Of a stretch of DNA of 64,000 nucleotides, positions 44,285 to 58,603 are shown piece by piece. The position numbers and the translations under genes were made by a program. The notes below the pieces were generated by a model, which ran no database searches, was not told the origin of the DNA, and saw only the letters and a program-made list of their open reading frames with translations. Each line of letters opens with the position of its first letter. The stretch's first letter is position 1. The stretch comes from Eledone cirrhosa (lineage: Eukaryota), in NCBI GenBank assembly GCA_964016885.1, contig OZ024756.1, positions 1,116,001 to 1,180,000 of the forward strand, read 5' to 3'.

Positions 44285-46100
44285 ATCTGATCGGACGCCT
44301 TTTTGCTCGCTCCCGTAAGTCTCTTTATTTACCTGTCATAATCATTTATTGTAAATTTTTCTTGTCGTGTAAGGAACACAAGCCCTTGGACTTTGTTCTG
44401 TGAAGGGGAAAGTATAATATTTGGGCCTTAAAAAATTATCAAAAAAAACATGGCTGAGCCAGCCCCCAGCGATATGTCTGCTGTCGTATGACAACGACGT
44501 AAAGGTTGAGAGGAGGGCTACGGCGAACACAGAAAGTGACACAACAAACACCACCACAAACAACATGAACAAAGACAGCAATGACAACAACACTGAGAAC
44601 ACTAATTTAAAAAAAATTACCACACCAACTACAATAGTAACAGCGACAACCAAAATACAGACAACGATATTAACACCACTAGCAAGAAAATAAACAACGA
44701 CAACACCAACAGCAACAATACAAATTTCACCGAGAACAACAACAGTGATATCAGCAACAACTCCAGCAACACCGTTTGTAGCAGTAGCAACAGCAACAGC
44801 TCCAACAACAAGACCAGTAGCAGCATTAGCGGCAGCAATAATGGTGTCGCGGAAAAAGGGACCATCTCTTTTGCAAAGGTGGCTCGCTACGTAGAAACAG
44901 TCCTGGTGACAGATAGCAGTCGCAAGACACATGGTAACCAGAATGAATTTTCAGTGTCCTTGAAACCACCAACCGACTTCCTGGAGGAAAGAGAGCGACG
45001 CACAGTATCACACAGCACAATTGCCACGAAATAGCGTCGTGTGGAGAGAGCTATGGAGGCCCAAATCCAGAAGGCCTTGGGAACTGTGTGGGCACAGAAA
45101 ACCCACATCACCCGAGGCAAGAAGTATGCAACCGTGGACGTCCTTTTTGCTACCACACAGGAAGCAAAATCGCACTCACTGAGGACCCTACGGGGTGATG
45201 ACATAACATTAGTCCCGTTTTACTGCGGCAAAATAATTGCAAAGGTCAGGGTAATCCAGATCCCGCCCTACGTACACGTGCCTTGTCTGGTCCTGTCTGT
45301 TCTTGCGGGTATCGAGGATAGAACAACCATTATGCAGGTACAGAAGTTGAGGTGAGAGGGCTGGTCCGGTATTGGAATGGAGATGCTCATCCAAACCGAC
45401 CAGGATTGCATCAGCGCTATTTCCGACGTAAAAGACCTATGGAATGATTCCCAACTTCCCATATCTGTGAAAGGAAGGCTCCGAAAGTGCTTCAACTGTG
45501 GATCGAAGTCTCACCTCAGGGCCTTCTGTCCACAGAATATAATAAAGGCGAAGGTCCCCCTCCTTCCAACGCCGGAACCGCTGCCTTCAGAAACAGAGCA
45601 GTCAGTGAAAAAACGGAAGCTTCTGCAGAGAGTAGGAGGACAACATCCGTGGAACCCACACCAAAGCCACGGACAACAAAAACAGCGGCGGCAACTGCAG
45701 CAACAGAAAAAGTTGCACTAACTGCACCTGTGCCAAGAACGGCAGACTAGGCTCCTCCACCACCACCACCACCACCACCACAACAACAACAACAAAGACA
45801 AATGAGAAGGTAGAACTCATAACCCTCCCCGACCTTTCACAGTCAAACATGGAGTATGAGGCGGCTGAGGGGTGGAAACGGTTGGCAAAAAAAATGAATC
45901 TCGTTTTGTGAGGACAGTAACTGAAGCAGTTCTGGGAGTACATTCCACTTTTCCGAGTTACACAGCCGACACAGTTTCGTCCCATTAACATTGGGTGTAG
46001 ATTTTTCTAATATACTCCATATAATCGAAAAAGGTGTGCCGTTATTTTTAAGACTCCGTATGTGGTTTGCGAGATAGGTGGCACGTTTTTTTGTCAGGAT
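44285..46100 (+). pseudogene. Decayed gag-like ORF1 of a non-LTR (L1/Tx1-like) element
   Basis: 45041-45721 is one frame with a single TGA; zinc knuckle CFNCGSKSHLRAFC; low-complexity T/N-rich N-terminal region. Confidence 0.65.
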
Positions 46101-46107
46101 GTCTGAA

Positions 46108-46194
<87 letters not shown>

Positions 46195-46196
<2 letters not shown>

Positions 46197-46374
46197 CGAA
46201 GGAAATGTGGCAAGGAACCAGATGGACCATAACGCACCAAAGTACTCAATACTTAGGGTAGTAGAGTGGGTAATAGGAACGAGTAGGACCCCGACGGCTG
46301 GCTCAAGCCGTTTCGAGTCCAGAATTAGCCGTCGAAACGGCTTGAGCTCAGCCGTCGGGGTCCTACTCGTTCCT
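46195..46374. mobile_element. Family-3 fold-back element (half HHRs on both strands), in (TA)n
   Basis: Inverted arms 46273-46316 / 46331-46374 plus a 78-nt tail. Confidence 0.8.
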
Positions 46375-46403
46375 ATATATATGTATATATATATGTATGT
46401 ATG

Positions 46404-46436
<33 letters not shown>

Positions 46437-46473
46437 GTATGTATATATATATGTATGTATATATATATATGTG

Positions 46474-46534
<61 letters not shown>

Positions 46535-46909
46535 ATATATATATATATATAACAAATTATAAAGTAAGAAGAAATAATAGATACCTATTTTTTCCTCAAT
46601 GTCCCGACTGTACAGTTTCGCTGGTCAGTATGCAACAGTCCTACATCATAGAGATGCAATATTGTTGTGAGATAAGACAGCTTTTTACGGGAACACCTCA
46701 GGGAAAGAGCGCTCCCAGACACGTCCGTAGCAAACGAGAAAATCTCAAAAAGGCGGAGGGAGATATTATCACGTGATACACCGGTCAAGAAAGGGGACTA
46801 AATCCCTTACAGCAGTGAAAAATATCTCAGAAGTCGGAGGGAGATATTGATACATGATAAAAGCAGTTTCTATACTTCCGTGGTTACTCTACCGTGAGGG
46901 AGTTTCAGA

Positions 46910-47050
46910 CAATAATTGTTTCTACTTTTGGCACAAGGCCAGCAATTAACAGTGTATTACTGGTACTTTATTTTATCGACTCCGTAAGGATGAAAGGCAA
47001 AGTTAACCTGGGCGGGATTTGAACTCAGATCATACAGGAACGTAACTCTA
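46910..47050 (-). mobile_element. OR1-like SINE, 5'-truncated
   Basis: Family consensus. Confidence 0.85.
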
Positions 47051-47243
47051 ATGAGAGGTACGCACATATATGTGCATACATACATACACATGTTTATATC
47101 CACATATATTTTTTCACAAGTATGTCAGATTGTGTGTTGTCAACCTGAACCAGCGTTGCTCTGTGACTGTGAGAGACAAGATAATTGAAATAATTAAATT
47201 GACTCGATATCAGAGCAATGTAAGAAATTATAAAGTAAGAAGA

Positions 47244-47809
47244 AATAATTGTTTCTACTTTTGGCACAAGGCCAGCAATTACCCAGTGCATTACTGGTAC
47301 TTTATTTTATCGACCCCGTAAGGATGAAAGGCAAAGTTAACCTCGGCGGGATTTGAACTTAGTCCATAATAATTGTTTCTACTTTTGGCACAAGGCCAGC
47401 AATTACCCAGTGCATTACTGGTACTTTATTTTATCGACCCCGTAAGGATGAAAGGCAAAGTTAACCTCGGCGGGATTTGAACTTAGTCCATAATAATTGT
47501 TTCTACTTTTGGCACAAGGCCAGCAATTACCCAGTGCATTACTGGTACTTTATTTTATCGACCCCGTAAGGATGAAAGGCAAAGTTAACCTCGGCGGGAT
47601 TTGAACTTAGTCCATAATAATTGTTTCTACTTTTGGCACAAGGCCAGCAATTACCCAGTGCATTACTGGTACTTTATTTTATCGACCCCGTCAGGATGTA
47701 AGGCAAAGTCAACCTCGGCGGGATTTGAACTTAGTCCATAATAATTGTTTCTACTTTAGGCACAAGGCCAGCAATTACCCAGTGCATTACTGGTACTTTA
47801 TTTTATCGA
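47244..47809 (-). repeat. 124-bp tandem array of a SINE 3' segment, about 4.6 units
   Basis: AGTCC junctions at 47361, 47485, 47609 and 47733. Confidence 0.95.
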
Positions 47810-47987
47810 GTAAGAAGAAATAATAGACACAGATATATACCTATTTTTTCTTCAATATCTCGACTGTACAGTTATATATAAACAATGAGTTATATGCTTT
47901 GTTGAGGATTATTCACATGTCTACTGTAAGGCAAAGTTAAAGCTTTATATTTGGGGTATGTCACTATCTTATACATCAAATATTGTA

Positions 47988-48043
47988 TTTTATCTGATGA
48001 AAGCATACCATAATTTGGTAGCCTTGAAATACGTATAATAAAA
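47988..48043 (+). ncRNA. Type I hammerhead ribozyme (family-1 related)
   Basis: TTTTAT-CTGATGA-AAGCATACCA-TAATT-TGGTAGCCTT-GAAA-TACGTA-TA-ATAAAA. Confidence 0.8.
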
Positions 48044-48089
48044 ATATATATCATGCTATAGTGATATTTTCCACTTATTACTATTAATA

Positions 48090-48265
48090 ATAATAATTGT
48101 TTCTACTTTTGGCACAAGGCCAGCAATTATCACAGTACATTACCGGTACTTTATTTTATCGACATCGTAAGGATGAAAGGCAAAGTTAACCTCGGTGGGA
48201 TTTGAACTCAGACCGTAAAGGGACGTAACTATGCTAAAACGCATGGCGTCCAACCCTCTACCGAT
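48090..48265 (-). mobile_element. OR1-like SINE
   Basis: Family consensus. Confidence 0.88.
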
Positions 48266-48697
48266 AATAATATGTGTGTGTATGTGTGTGTGTGTGAATG
48301 TATATATGTAAAACATAACTAAAGAGTGAATATGTATGTTTATGTATATATATATTTATACATAAATATATATATTCACTCATATATATATACACGGGGA
48401 GGGTCATATTGTTGTAATAATATTGCCAGAAATAATAACAGAACACACTCACTCTTTGGTTGGTTTTCGCTTCTGTATCTTTTATATCTCCATAGTTGAT
48501 ATATTTGGCAATAAATGTTTATCACTGACTGACCAACGGGCAACAATAACTATATAAATATATAAATAAATATATATATAGTGTAACAAAGTTCTTTCGT
48601 TGCACATCTGCAATATTTGTTTCGACACACGATTTCATATCAAAAACCTTGCAAAACAAAATATATATGTAATGTGTCTGTATATGTATATATGCAA

Positions 48698-48889
48698 ATA
48701 ATTGTTTCTACCTTTGGCACAAGGCCAGCAATTACCCAGTACATTACTGGTACTTTATTTTATCGACCCCGTAATGATGAAAGGCAAAGTTGACCTCGGT
48801 GGGATTTGAACTCAGAATGGAAAGGGCCGTAACTCTATGCGTCAAAACATGACGTCCGACCCTCTACCGATACTGCCAATCCACCGCCC
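48698..48889 (-). mobile_element. OR1-like SINE, full length, with an apparent TSD (ATATATGCAAATAAT)
   Basis: Family consensus; the flanking direct repeat occurs at ~48688 and ~48892. Confidence 0.9.
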
Positions 48890-49497
48890 ATATATATGCA
48901 AATAATAAACGCATGAATGGAATAGGTATGTACATCTATGTATAATATCATACATACATATGATTTGAGGGTAATTTGGCTGGGGTTTCATTTTCAGCAG
49001 CCAAGCGACCACATAGAGGCTCTCTTGTTGGCTCTTGCTAACGTTAAAGTCTGTTAAGGTTTCTATAGTTAAATATAAAATGAGACTATATGGAGCTGCT
49101 TATTGAATCTACACGAAGAAGACATATATAGACAAAGCCCTACCTTCCGAGATCCCTATCACTGTAGATTAGCGCCAAGGCTAACCATGCTTCACAAGAT
49201 ATAACTACACAACTTAGAAGTTATTTTGAAATGACATAATTAATGCCTGGAATTTGTGTTCATCTCTTGAGAGACTATATTGCTACAAAATCTCACGAAG
49301 CTATTTTAGAATTCTAAACAACTTTATTCTCTCGAGAGACAAACTTTCGTACTGAAGAGTTTGTTTCTTTTTGCTGACTTCACTTGGGATTTAGTACTTA
49401 ATTTAATAGTTTTGTGCCTGCGAAGACATAACTGTTTAGACTTGTGTTTAAAGGCAATGAAACAACAACTTCTGTGGTCAGCAGTGTAACCATTATC

Positions 49498-49710
49498 TAT
49501 TGGCAGAACCGGTAGAGCGTCAGACACCATGCTTAGCGGCGTAGTCATAGACCTTCACTTTATGAGTTCAAATCCCGCCGAGATTAGCTTTGCCTTTCAT
49601 CCTTATGAGGTCGATAAAATAAAGTACCAGTAATGTACTAGGGTCGAATTCATCAACTTGCCCCACCCCCTCCACCAAAATTGTTCGCCTTGTGTCTAAA
49701 TCAGAAACCA
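49498..49710 (+). mobile_element. OR1-like SINE, older subfamily
   Basis: TGGCAGAACCGGT A box, GAGTTCAAATCC B box, conserved body. Confidence 0.85.
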
Positions 49711-49726
49711 ATATCTATTCAATATA

Positions 49727-49907
49727 CGAAGGTCGGCTGAAAAGTTCATATGCTGACTATGAAGGAGTGATGCTAGAGCTGTGAAATCTTGCATACATTA
49801 ACTTCAAATTTACTTTTTAATAATTGTATTGTTTCTTTTCAAGGATTATGTTGAAAAATAAACCTCATTTGGTCATTCCACGAGAGTATCTTGGTCTGCC
49901 TATGAAC
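49727..49907. mobile_element. Tc1/mariner-type MITE remnant
   Basis: TA|CGAAGGTCGGCTGAAAAGTTCATATGCTGAC and a partial inverted copy GTCTGCCTATGAAC. Confidence 0.65.
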
Positions 49908-50184
49908 GTAAGGTGCCACATTGCTGGGGGATTTAGGAAGCTTAATAAAATATATATTAACGTGAATGACTGCAGCTCTGTGAGCGAGACAAGTTGCGGA
50001 AAGGCTTGTCTCACAAACGGGGCACACACCGGTTGGGGGTCGGTGAAGAATACCTGGAGATGGATTGATAGATAAGTCGGCTAATGTAGACTTAGATACA
50101 TTATGGCTGTAAAACAGGAAAAAACTTTGATCCCAGCTCTGCTCGGCCAGGTATGACCTGGTATTAAAGAACAACAAAAACAAT

Positions 50185-50254
<70 letters not shown>

Positions 50255-50373
50255 GCAGCAGCAGCAGCAGCAGCAGCAACAATAACAATGTGTGCTTGTA
50301 TGTATGTATAGAGATATATATATACATGCACACTCACGCAGACATATAGATATATATGTACACATATAATATA

Positions 50374-50721
50374 CTAGCTGACGTACCCAGCTTCGCTCGG
50401 GTAAACAGATGATAAGAGAAGACAGGTAAATGTATTCGATGTTTTTCTGGTTACAGTATGAGGCGAGTCCGTGGTGTCTGTGTGATACAAAAAACAGTAA
50501 AAAAAGATCTTCCAGATATACCAGATTCTTCGTTGTACCGTTTGTGCATAGTATATGAACAATTCTAGGTGCTCCCACTTAGAATAGTGACCTCTAGGAG
50601 ATGGTTCATCTTCTGCCTGACTGTAAAATTTGTATCATTGCATAGACGTGGTTGTTCCACGTTTCTCAAAAGGATGATGGAAGTTCCAATCTTTTATAAT
50701 ATATGCAGATATAGATATAGA
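50374..50721 (-). mobile_element. Internally deleted Helitron retaining Pif1-helicase fragments
   Basis: A|TC 5' end; 3' hairpin TACCCGAGCGAAGCTGGGTA + CTAG|T; translates KIGTSIILLRNVEQPRLCNDT and NGTTKNLVYLE. Confidence 0.8.
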
Positions 50722-51361
50722 TAATTAATATAAGAGATGTCCGTCAATGTAAAACAAGGTCCCTATTTACTCCCTTCACAACTCTGTGTATGTTAGACTG
50801 GCAGACAGGAACATAGACAGATAAACTGCGTGGCGATTGTGGGATGCCGCACGTACACACACATACACGCATGCAAACTTACACACGCACCCGTGCACTT
50901 ACACACACGCACACATGTTGATAGTTTTTACTTTCTGTGGAACGCTGCACGCACGCGCACACACATAAACATACGCGCACATACATACTCACGCACACAT
51001 GTTAATAGTTATTGCTTTCCTTCCCTTCTTATTTCCACACACATCACACACACACACGTTTCTACACTGACACATATACATAGTATATCCAAACACAGCG
51101 TTCACTTTGCCTCTCTCTCTCCCCTCTCACTCCCCCATTGGAATTATGCGTATTAATTTAAGTTTCGCGTCGTTGAGGTGGGCGGAGTCGTTTGAAACCT
51201 ATGAACCAATGATAATCGAGAATTATGACACACGGAATAATGACATTGTTGAAATTAATATATAGATATGGATATGTATAAATATATATATGTATATACA
51301 TGTATACACACATATTAACATACTTAAGCACATTCACATCCATTCACCCAGCCATATATTC

Positions 51362-51451
<90 letters not shown>

Positions 51452-51535
51452 GTTTCTACTTTTGGCACAAGGCCAGCAATTACCCAGTGCATTACTGGTT
51501 TATAATATATATATATATGTATATACACACACACA

Positions 51536-51657
<122 letters not shown>

Positions 51658-51754
51658 AATGAAGTAATTCCGTCGGAAAAGTCCAGGAAAAAAGAGTGCT
51701 CTATGTAGGTAACAGAGCTTAATAGTTATGTAATAAACAACATAAGGCAATTAT

Positions 51755-51812
51755 TCCATTTACCAGTGGTTTCTTAAAAGCAAAAAATTTTGCTTTCAAT
51801 CATCAGAATGAA
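51755..51812 (-). ncRNA. Type I hammerhead ribozyme
   Basis: TTCATT-CTGATGA-TTGAAAGCAAAA-TT-TTTTGCTTTTAA-GAAA-CCACTGG-TA-AATGGA. Confidence 0.8.
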
Positions 51813-51834
51813 AAAATCCTGGTCTCAGGATTTT

Positions 51835-51892
51835 TTCATTCTGATGATTGAAAGAAAAACTTTTTGCTTTTAAGAAACCACTGGTAAATGGA
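51835..51892 (+). ncRNA. Type I hammerhead ribozyme
   Basis: TTCATT-CTGATGA-TTGAAAG...CTTTTAA-GAAA-CCACTGG-TA-AATGGA. Confidence 0.78.
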
Positions 51893-51918
51893 ATAATTGC
51901 CTTATGTTGTTTATTACA

Positions 51919-51960
<42 letters not shown>

Positions 51961-52106
51961 TTTTGAGTTTATGTTGGTTGTATACCAACACCTCAGTATG
52001 CAGGCTGGAGCACTCGACGAAGTGCGCAGGTTGGTTTGGTTACTCCGGAGTAGTGTAAAATAAAGTTAAATAAAAGTCAAATGATTAAAATTTAGCTTCG
52101 TTTATT

Positions 52107-52161
52107 ACTGCTATATATATTTCAGTGACGGCCATCTTTGGCTGTGACCTCTTCAGGCAGT
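52107..52161 (-). ncRNA. Type I hammerhead ribozyme
   Basis: ACTGC-CTGAAGA-GGTCACAGCCA-AAGA-TGGCCGTCACT-GAAA-TATATA-TA-GCAGT. Confidence 0.85.
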
Positions 52162-52301
52162 TTGAATTAGTATGACTCCAGTTAGTATGACTCCAGTTCC
52201 CCAGTGAATTAACAACCCAGCAATGAACTGGGCATATCAGAGTATTGACAATATCATACACCTAAACAACATATGTACTTGTCTATACCATACTAATTCA
52301 A

Positions 52302-52356
52302 ACTGCCTGAAGAGGTCACAGCCAAAGATGGCTGTCACTGAAATATATATAGCAGT
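52302..52356 (+). ncRNA. Type I hammerhead ribozyme
   Basis: ACTGC-CTGAAGA-GGTCACAGCCA-AAGA-TGGCTGTCACT-GAAA-TATATA-TA-GCAGT. Confidence 0.88.
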
Positions 52357-52400
52357 AATAAACGAAGCTAAATTTTAATCATTTGACTTTTATTTAACTT

Positions 52401-52491
<91 letters not shown>

Positions 52492-52492
<1 letters not shown>

Positions 52493-52710
52493 GTGGAGGC
52501 ACGTGGCCTAGTGGTAAGAGTTTTGGGTTCGATTTCACGTTGCTCCAGTATACTCAGTTAAAAATGAGTACCAGCAATAGCTGGAGGTTTAACCATGCGA
52601 TGGACTGGCGTCCTGTCCAGGGTGGAGTCTTGTATTCTCAGTCGCTTCACGCCATGAAACCGGGATAAGCACAGGCCAACTGAGCCTTCTGGCTTAAGAC
52701 AGACTTTAGA
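52492..52710 (+). mobile_element. tRNA-derived SINE (V-domain-like), internally deleted
   Basis: TGGCCTAGTGG head; GCGATGGACTGGCGTCCTGTCCAGGG; GAAACCGGGATAAGC. Confidence 0.75.
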
Positions 52711-53028
52711 TATATATATATACATATACATACACACACACACACATATATATATATACATCCAGGCAGTCTCTTTGGTCTAGTGGTATGACAAGTAGTA
52801 AGACTGCTGAGATCTTGGACGGGGGTTCGCTCTCAGCCTGGTTCTTAGCTCACGCAGATATACACGGGCACACGTACGTGGCCTGAATCTAAAGGTATAC
52901 ACACACACATACACACACATATATATATATATATGTATGTATATATATTTGTGTATGTGTATGTATGTATATTTGTATATGTGCGTGTGTGTGTATATAT
53001 ATACATTATATATATAGATAAATATAAT

Positions 53029-53579
53029 CATGGTTGGGTGGTTGGCGACTAAACTGGCAACCCCACCAAGGTTTCTTGGTGAGGAGGGTGACTTTGGACA
53101 TCCTGCAGGACTAAAAACAAAACCTGTCAAAGGGCAAAGGAGCTCTTAAGAGTCAATGGCCATCCAAAATCACTGGGAGAGATGACCCCTTAGCCTTTGT
53201 CAAGGCAGAATTCTAGGAGAATGAAAACTCTGATATAACACCTGCAACCCTGATGGTATCCAATGATGTTGACTTGTTCTTCTTTTTGGTAAATATCATC
53301 TTGGTTAAGAGTGTGGGACTGGCTTTGTGCAGTGCCTTTGCTCACTATAAAAGCTTCACGGCACAGGCATTACTTTATATCTGGAGATCTCTCTGCACTT
53401 GTCGTCACATGGTACCATGGGCCCAGCACTATGTGTCAATAATTGTCACAAGTGTAGTGTTTGTACCAGAGTTTTCAAGTCGCTGGCTGGACTAAAACGT
53501 CACACCCGTTCAGCACATCGGTAGGGGTTCTCCTACATGGATATAAAGTAGTGGCCGTACTCGAAAACGAGTTGACAGC

Positions 53580-53581
<2 letters not shown>
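53029..53581 (+). mobile_element. RTE-derived non-autonomous element, copy 2
   Basis: Near-identical to 57491-58044. Confidence 0.85.
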
Positions 53582-54469
<888 letters not shown>

Positions 54470-54533
54470 CAAGCGTTAACCTAATATATCCCTTCCATAT
54501 ACTGTACCTATTGTGTTGTTATTTCTGTTTACC

Positions 54534-54603
<70 letters not shown>

Positions 54604-54941
54604 GGACGTAGGTACAAACTGGGTGACACAGTTATGGCACGAGAGATGTGGGTATGTGAGAAAGTGGATGCAGTGAGATAAATTGTTGGATTGTAAAAGT
54701 ATCTGGGATGTTACTGAGAGATACATAAACATTGCTAAAGATTGTAGCTGAGAGCTATGATAAATAAACACTTTTAATGAAAGCTAAATAAACGCTGACA
54801 CCGTTAGAGGGAAGTAATTGTTGTCAGTCTTACGTTTTTATCAGGCGACCACCAGATGGCGGTAATGTCTATCTATCTACTACCTTCGTCATGGGAAATC
54901 ATACCTGTTGGCACATAGAGATAGATAGATAGAGAGGATAA

Positions 54942-54985
<44 letters not shown>

Positions 54986-54987
<2 letters not shown>

Positions 54988-55188
54988 CGAAGGAAATGTG
55001 GTAAGGAACCAGGTGAACCATAACGCACCAAAGTACTCAATACTTGGGGTAGTAGAGTGGGTAATAGGAACCAGTAAGACCCCGACGGCTGAGCTCAAGC
55101 CGTTTCGACGGCTAATTCTGGACAGAATTAGCCGTCCAGAATTAGCCGTCGAAACGGCTTGAGCTCAGCCGTCGGGGTCTTACTGGTT

Positions 55189-55191
<3 letters not shown>
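54986..55191. mobile_element. Family-3 fold-back element, copy 3
   Basis: Same tail and arms as the 24915 and 46195 copies. Confidence 0.82.
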
Positions 55192-55233
<42 letters not shown>

Positions 55234-55564
55234 ATAGTAATAATAATAAATTTGAAGACTAACATCCAAAGAGGGCTCGATAAGGATAAATATATATTAA
55301 ATATATAAGAACCGTAGAGCAAATATTAACCGTTAAGAGTGAAAGCAGCGATTCTTTGCTTAAACTTTAATCTGTTATTTTAATAAATATTTACATCACG
55401 GGGGCTCTATCTCAAAATTATTTTTGAAAAGCATTAGAAATGCGCAACCGGTAAAACTTAAAACCAAAACTGAATACCAACCAATACTATTACTAATTTT
55501 TACTTATTCCTAATTAAACTATTTTTCACTGGGAACAATTTGTCAGCATTTTCTTTTCCTTTTA

Positions 55565-55611
<47 letters not shown>

Positions 55612-55759
55612 GTATGTGTGTGTTCGTGTGTATGTATATATATGTATATATATGTATATATATATATATGTATGTATATATGTATATATGTATATAAATA
55701 AATGTATATATACATACATATATACAGGATTTCATATCAAAAACGTCACAAAATTAATT

Positions 55760-56540
<781 letters not shown>

Positions 56541-56639
56541 GAAAGCGAGAGTGAAAGAAATGGTTCCAACATAACGATTTACAGAGATCATTGAATTGTT
56601 CCTTTTGTACATTTCCTTTCTCTCTTCTACCTTTTAATT

Positions 56640-57060
56640 CCCCACCACCACCACCACCATCACCACCACCACCACCGTCACCATCACCACCACCACCACC
56701 ACCACAGTCACCACCACCAGCACCACCAACACCACCACCCTCACCACCACCACCACCGCCACCACCACCACCACAGTCACCACCACCAGCACCACCACCA
56801 CCACCACCCTCACCACCGCCACCACCGTGCCCCCCTTCTCCCTCTATCATTACCTTACCACCATTAACTACCGCCACCACTACCACCACCACCGTCACTA
56901 TGCTCCCCTTCTCCCTCTATCAATACCTCACCACCACCGTCACCACCACCGTCACCACTACCACCACCACCACCACCACAGCCGTCACCACCACGCTCCC
57001 CTTCTCCCTTTATCATTACCTCATCACCATTAACTACCCCCTCCTCTACAACAACAACAA
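56640..57060. repeat. (CAC)n trinucleotide low-complexity tract with internal duplications
   Basis: Direct reading. Confidence 0.9.
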
Positions 57061-57269
57061 TGTCCCACATCCGCCAGTAAGTTGTGACGAGTAGTTTATC
57101 AAATATACTTATTATCGGAACTACACACTCAAACTATTTTAAATGTCATTATTTTATGATTATTATTTAAAATATAGAAAGCATTGCTTAATGCATTTCG
57201 CATATCTTTATTTACACAAATGGTATAATATATATATTTACATATAATTAAGTATATATATATAATTAA

Positions 57270-57367
<98 letters not shown>

Positions 57368-57437
57368 TTGTATATATATATGTGTATATATATGTATATA
57401 TATCTGTATATGTATATATATATGTGTCTATATATAT

Positions 57438-58044
57438 GTCAGGTCACCAGTTGGTGCTACTAGTAACATGTATCCCAGTACAACCTGTCTCATGGTCGGG
57501 TCGTTGGCGACTAAACTGGCAACCCCACCAAGGTTTCTTGGTGAGGAGGGTGACTTTGGACATCCTGCAGGACTAAAAACAAAACCTGTCAAAGAGCAAA
57601 GGACCTCTTAAGAGTCAATGGCCATCCAAAATCACCGGGAGAGATGACCCCTAGCCTTGGTCAAGGCAGAATTCTAGGAGAAGGAAAACTCTGATATAAC
57701 ACCTGCAACTCTGATGGTAACCAATGATGTTGACTTGTTTTTCTTTTTGGTAAATATCATCTTGGTTAAGAGAGTGGGACTGGCTCTGTGCAGTGCCTTT
57801 GCTCACTATAAAAGCTTCACAGCACAGGCATTGCTTTATATCTGGAGATCTCTCTGCACTTGTCGTCACATGGTACCATGGGCCCAGCACTATGTGTCAA
57901 TAATTGTCACAAGTGTAGTGTTTGTACCAGAGTTTTCAAGTCGCTGGCTGGACTAAAAAGTCACACTCGTTCAGTGCATCGGTCGGGGTTCTCCTACATG
58001 GATATAAAGTAGTGGCCGTACTCGAAAACGAGTTGGCAGCCACC
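57438..58044 (+). mobile_element. RTE-derived non-autonomous bipartite element, longest copy (~610 bp)
   Basis: 5' part contains CTAGGAGAAGGAAAACTCTGA (RTE 5'-region-like); 3' part has a C2H2 remnant and the terminal GGCCGTACTCGAAAACGAG...GGCAGCC. Confidence 0.8.
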
Positions 58045-58114
58045 ATATATATATATATGCATTTATATATATATATATATTAACAAATGGAAACTATATT
58101 TATAAAACCATATT

Positions 58115-58179
58115 TATTTCATTATACATATTTCAAGGACACCAAGTTAAATTATGGTGTGCTTTCATCAGATAAAATA
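58115..58179 (-). ncRNA. Type I hammerhead ribozyme (family 1, element 58075-58258)
   Basis: TATTTTAT-CTGATGA-AAGCACACCA...TGGTGTCCTT-GAAA-TATGTA-TA-ATGAAATA. Confidence 0.85.
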
Positions 58180-58274
58180 TAATATAGATCAGTTTTATAA
58201 ATAAATATTGACATACCCTTAAAGAATGCGACCATTTCTGTTGGAAGCTCCCGGATAGACTATGAAAAAGGCTT

Positions 58275-58468
58275 TTAATTTAGGTACAAAGACAGAAATT
58301 CTGATGGAAAGACGATCATATCGACCAAAGTACTTGACTGGTACTTTATTTTATCGACCCTACAAGAATGGGAGACAAAGATGAATGCGGAATTTGAACT
58401 CGGGACGTAAAGATCCGGAACAACTACTACTACGCATTTGTTCGACGCTCTACCGATTCTGCCAATCA
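58275..58468 (-). mobile_element. Decayed OR1-like SINE
   Basis: GGTACTTTATTTTATCGACC and CTCTACCGATTCTGCCAAT. Confidence 0.75.
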
Positions 58469-58603
58469 ACAATAATAGAAATATTGTATAACTAGAAGAA
58501 CTAAATACATATATTTAGTCAGGTCTGGGAGAGGAATGAAGTTAAACAAAAATACATTAACAAATACTCTTCAGTGCTGAAGTGTAAAGAAAACGATGGT
58601 GAA

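Larger units (their letters stand above)
51959..52408. mobile_element. Family-2 fold-back element with two HHRs
   Basis: Arms 52055-52174 / 52289-52408, 95-nt tail on the left; same family as 61892-62392. Confidence 0.88.

Noticed and set aside
45041-45721. Programmed readthrough at TGA 45353
   Set aside because: The surrounding element has other stops and frameshifts, so decay is the simpler explanation.
52762-52835. tRNA gene (TGGTCTAGTGGTATGA...GGTTCG)
   Set aside because: A- and B-box-like motifs only; no consistent cloverleaf. Probably a SINE or pseudogene remnant.
56591-57094. Proline-rich extensin- or formin-like ORF
   Set aside because: (CAC)n low-complexity sequence with no domain or splice support.
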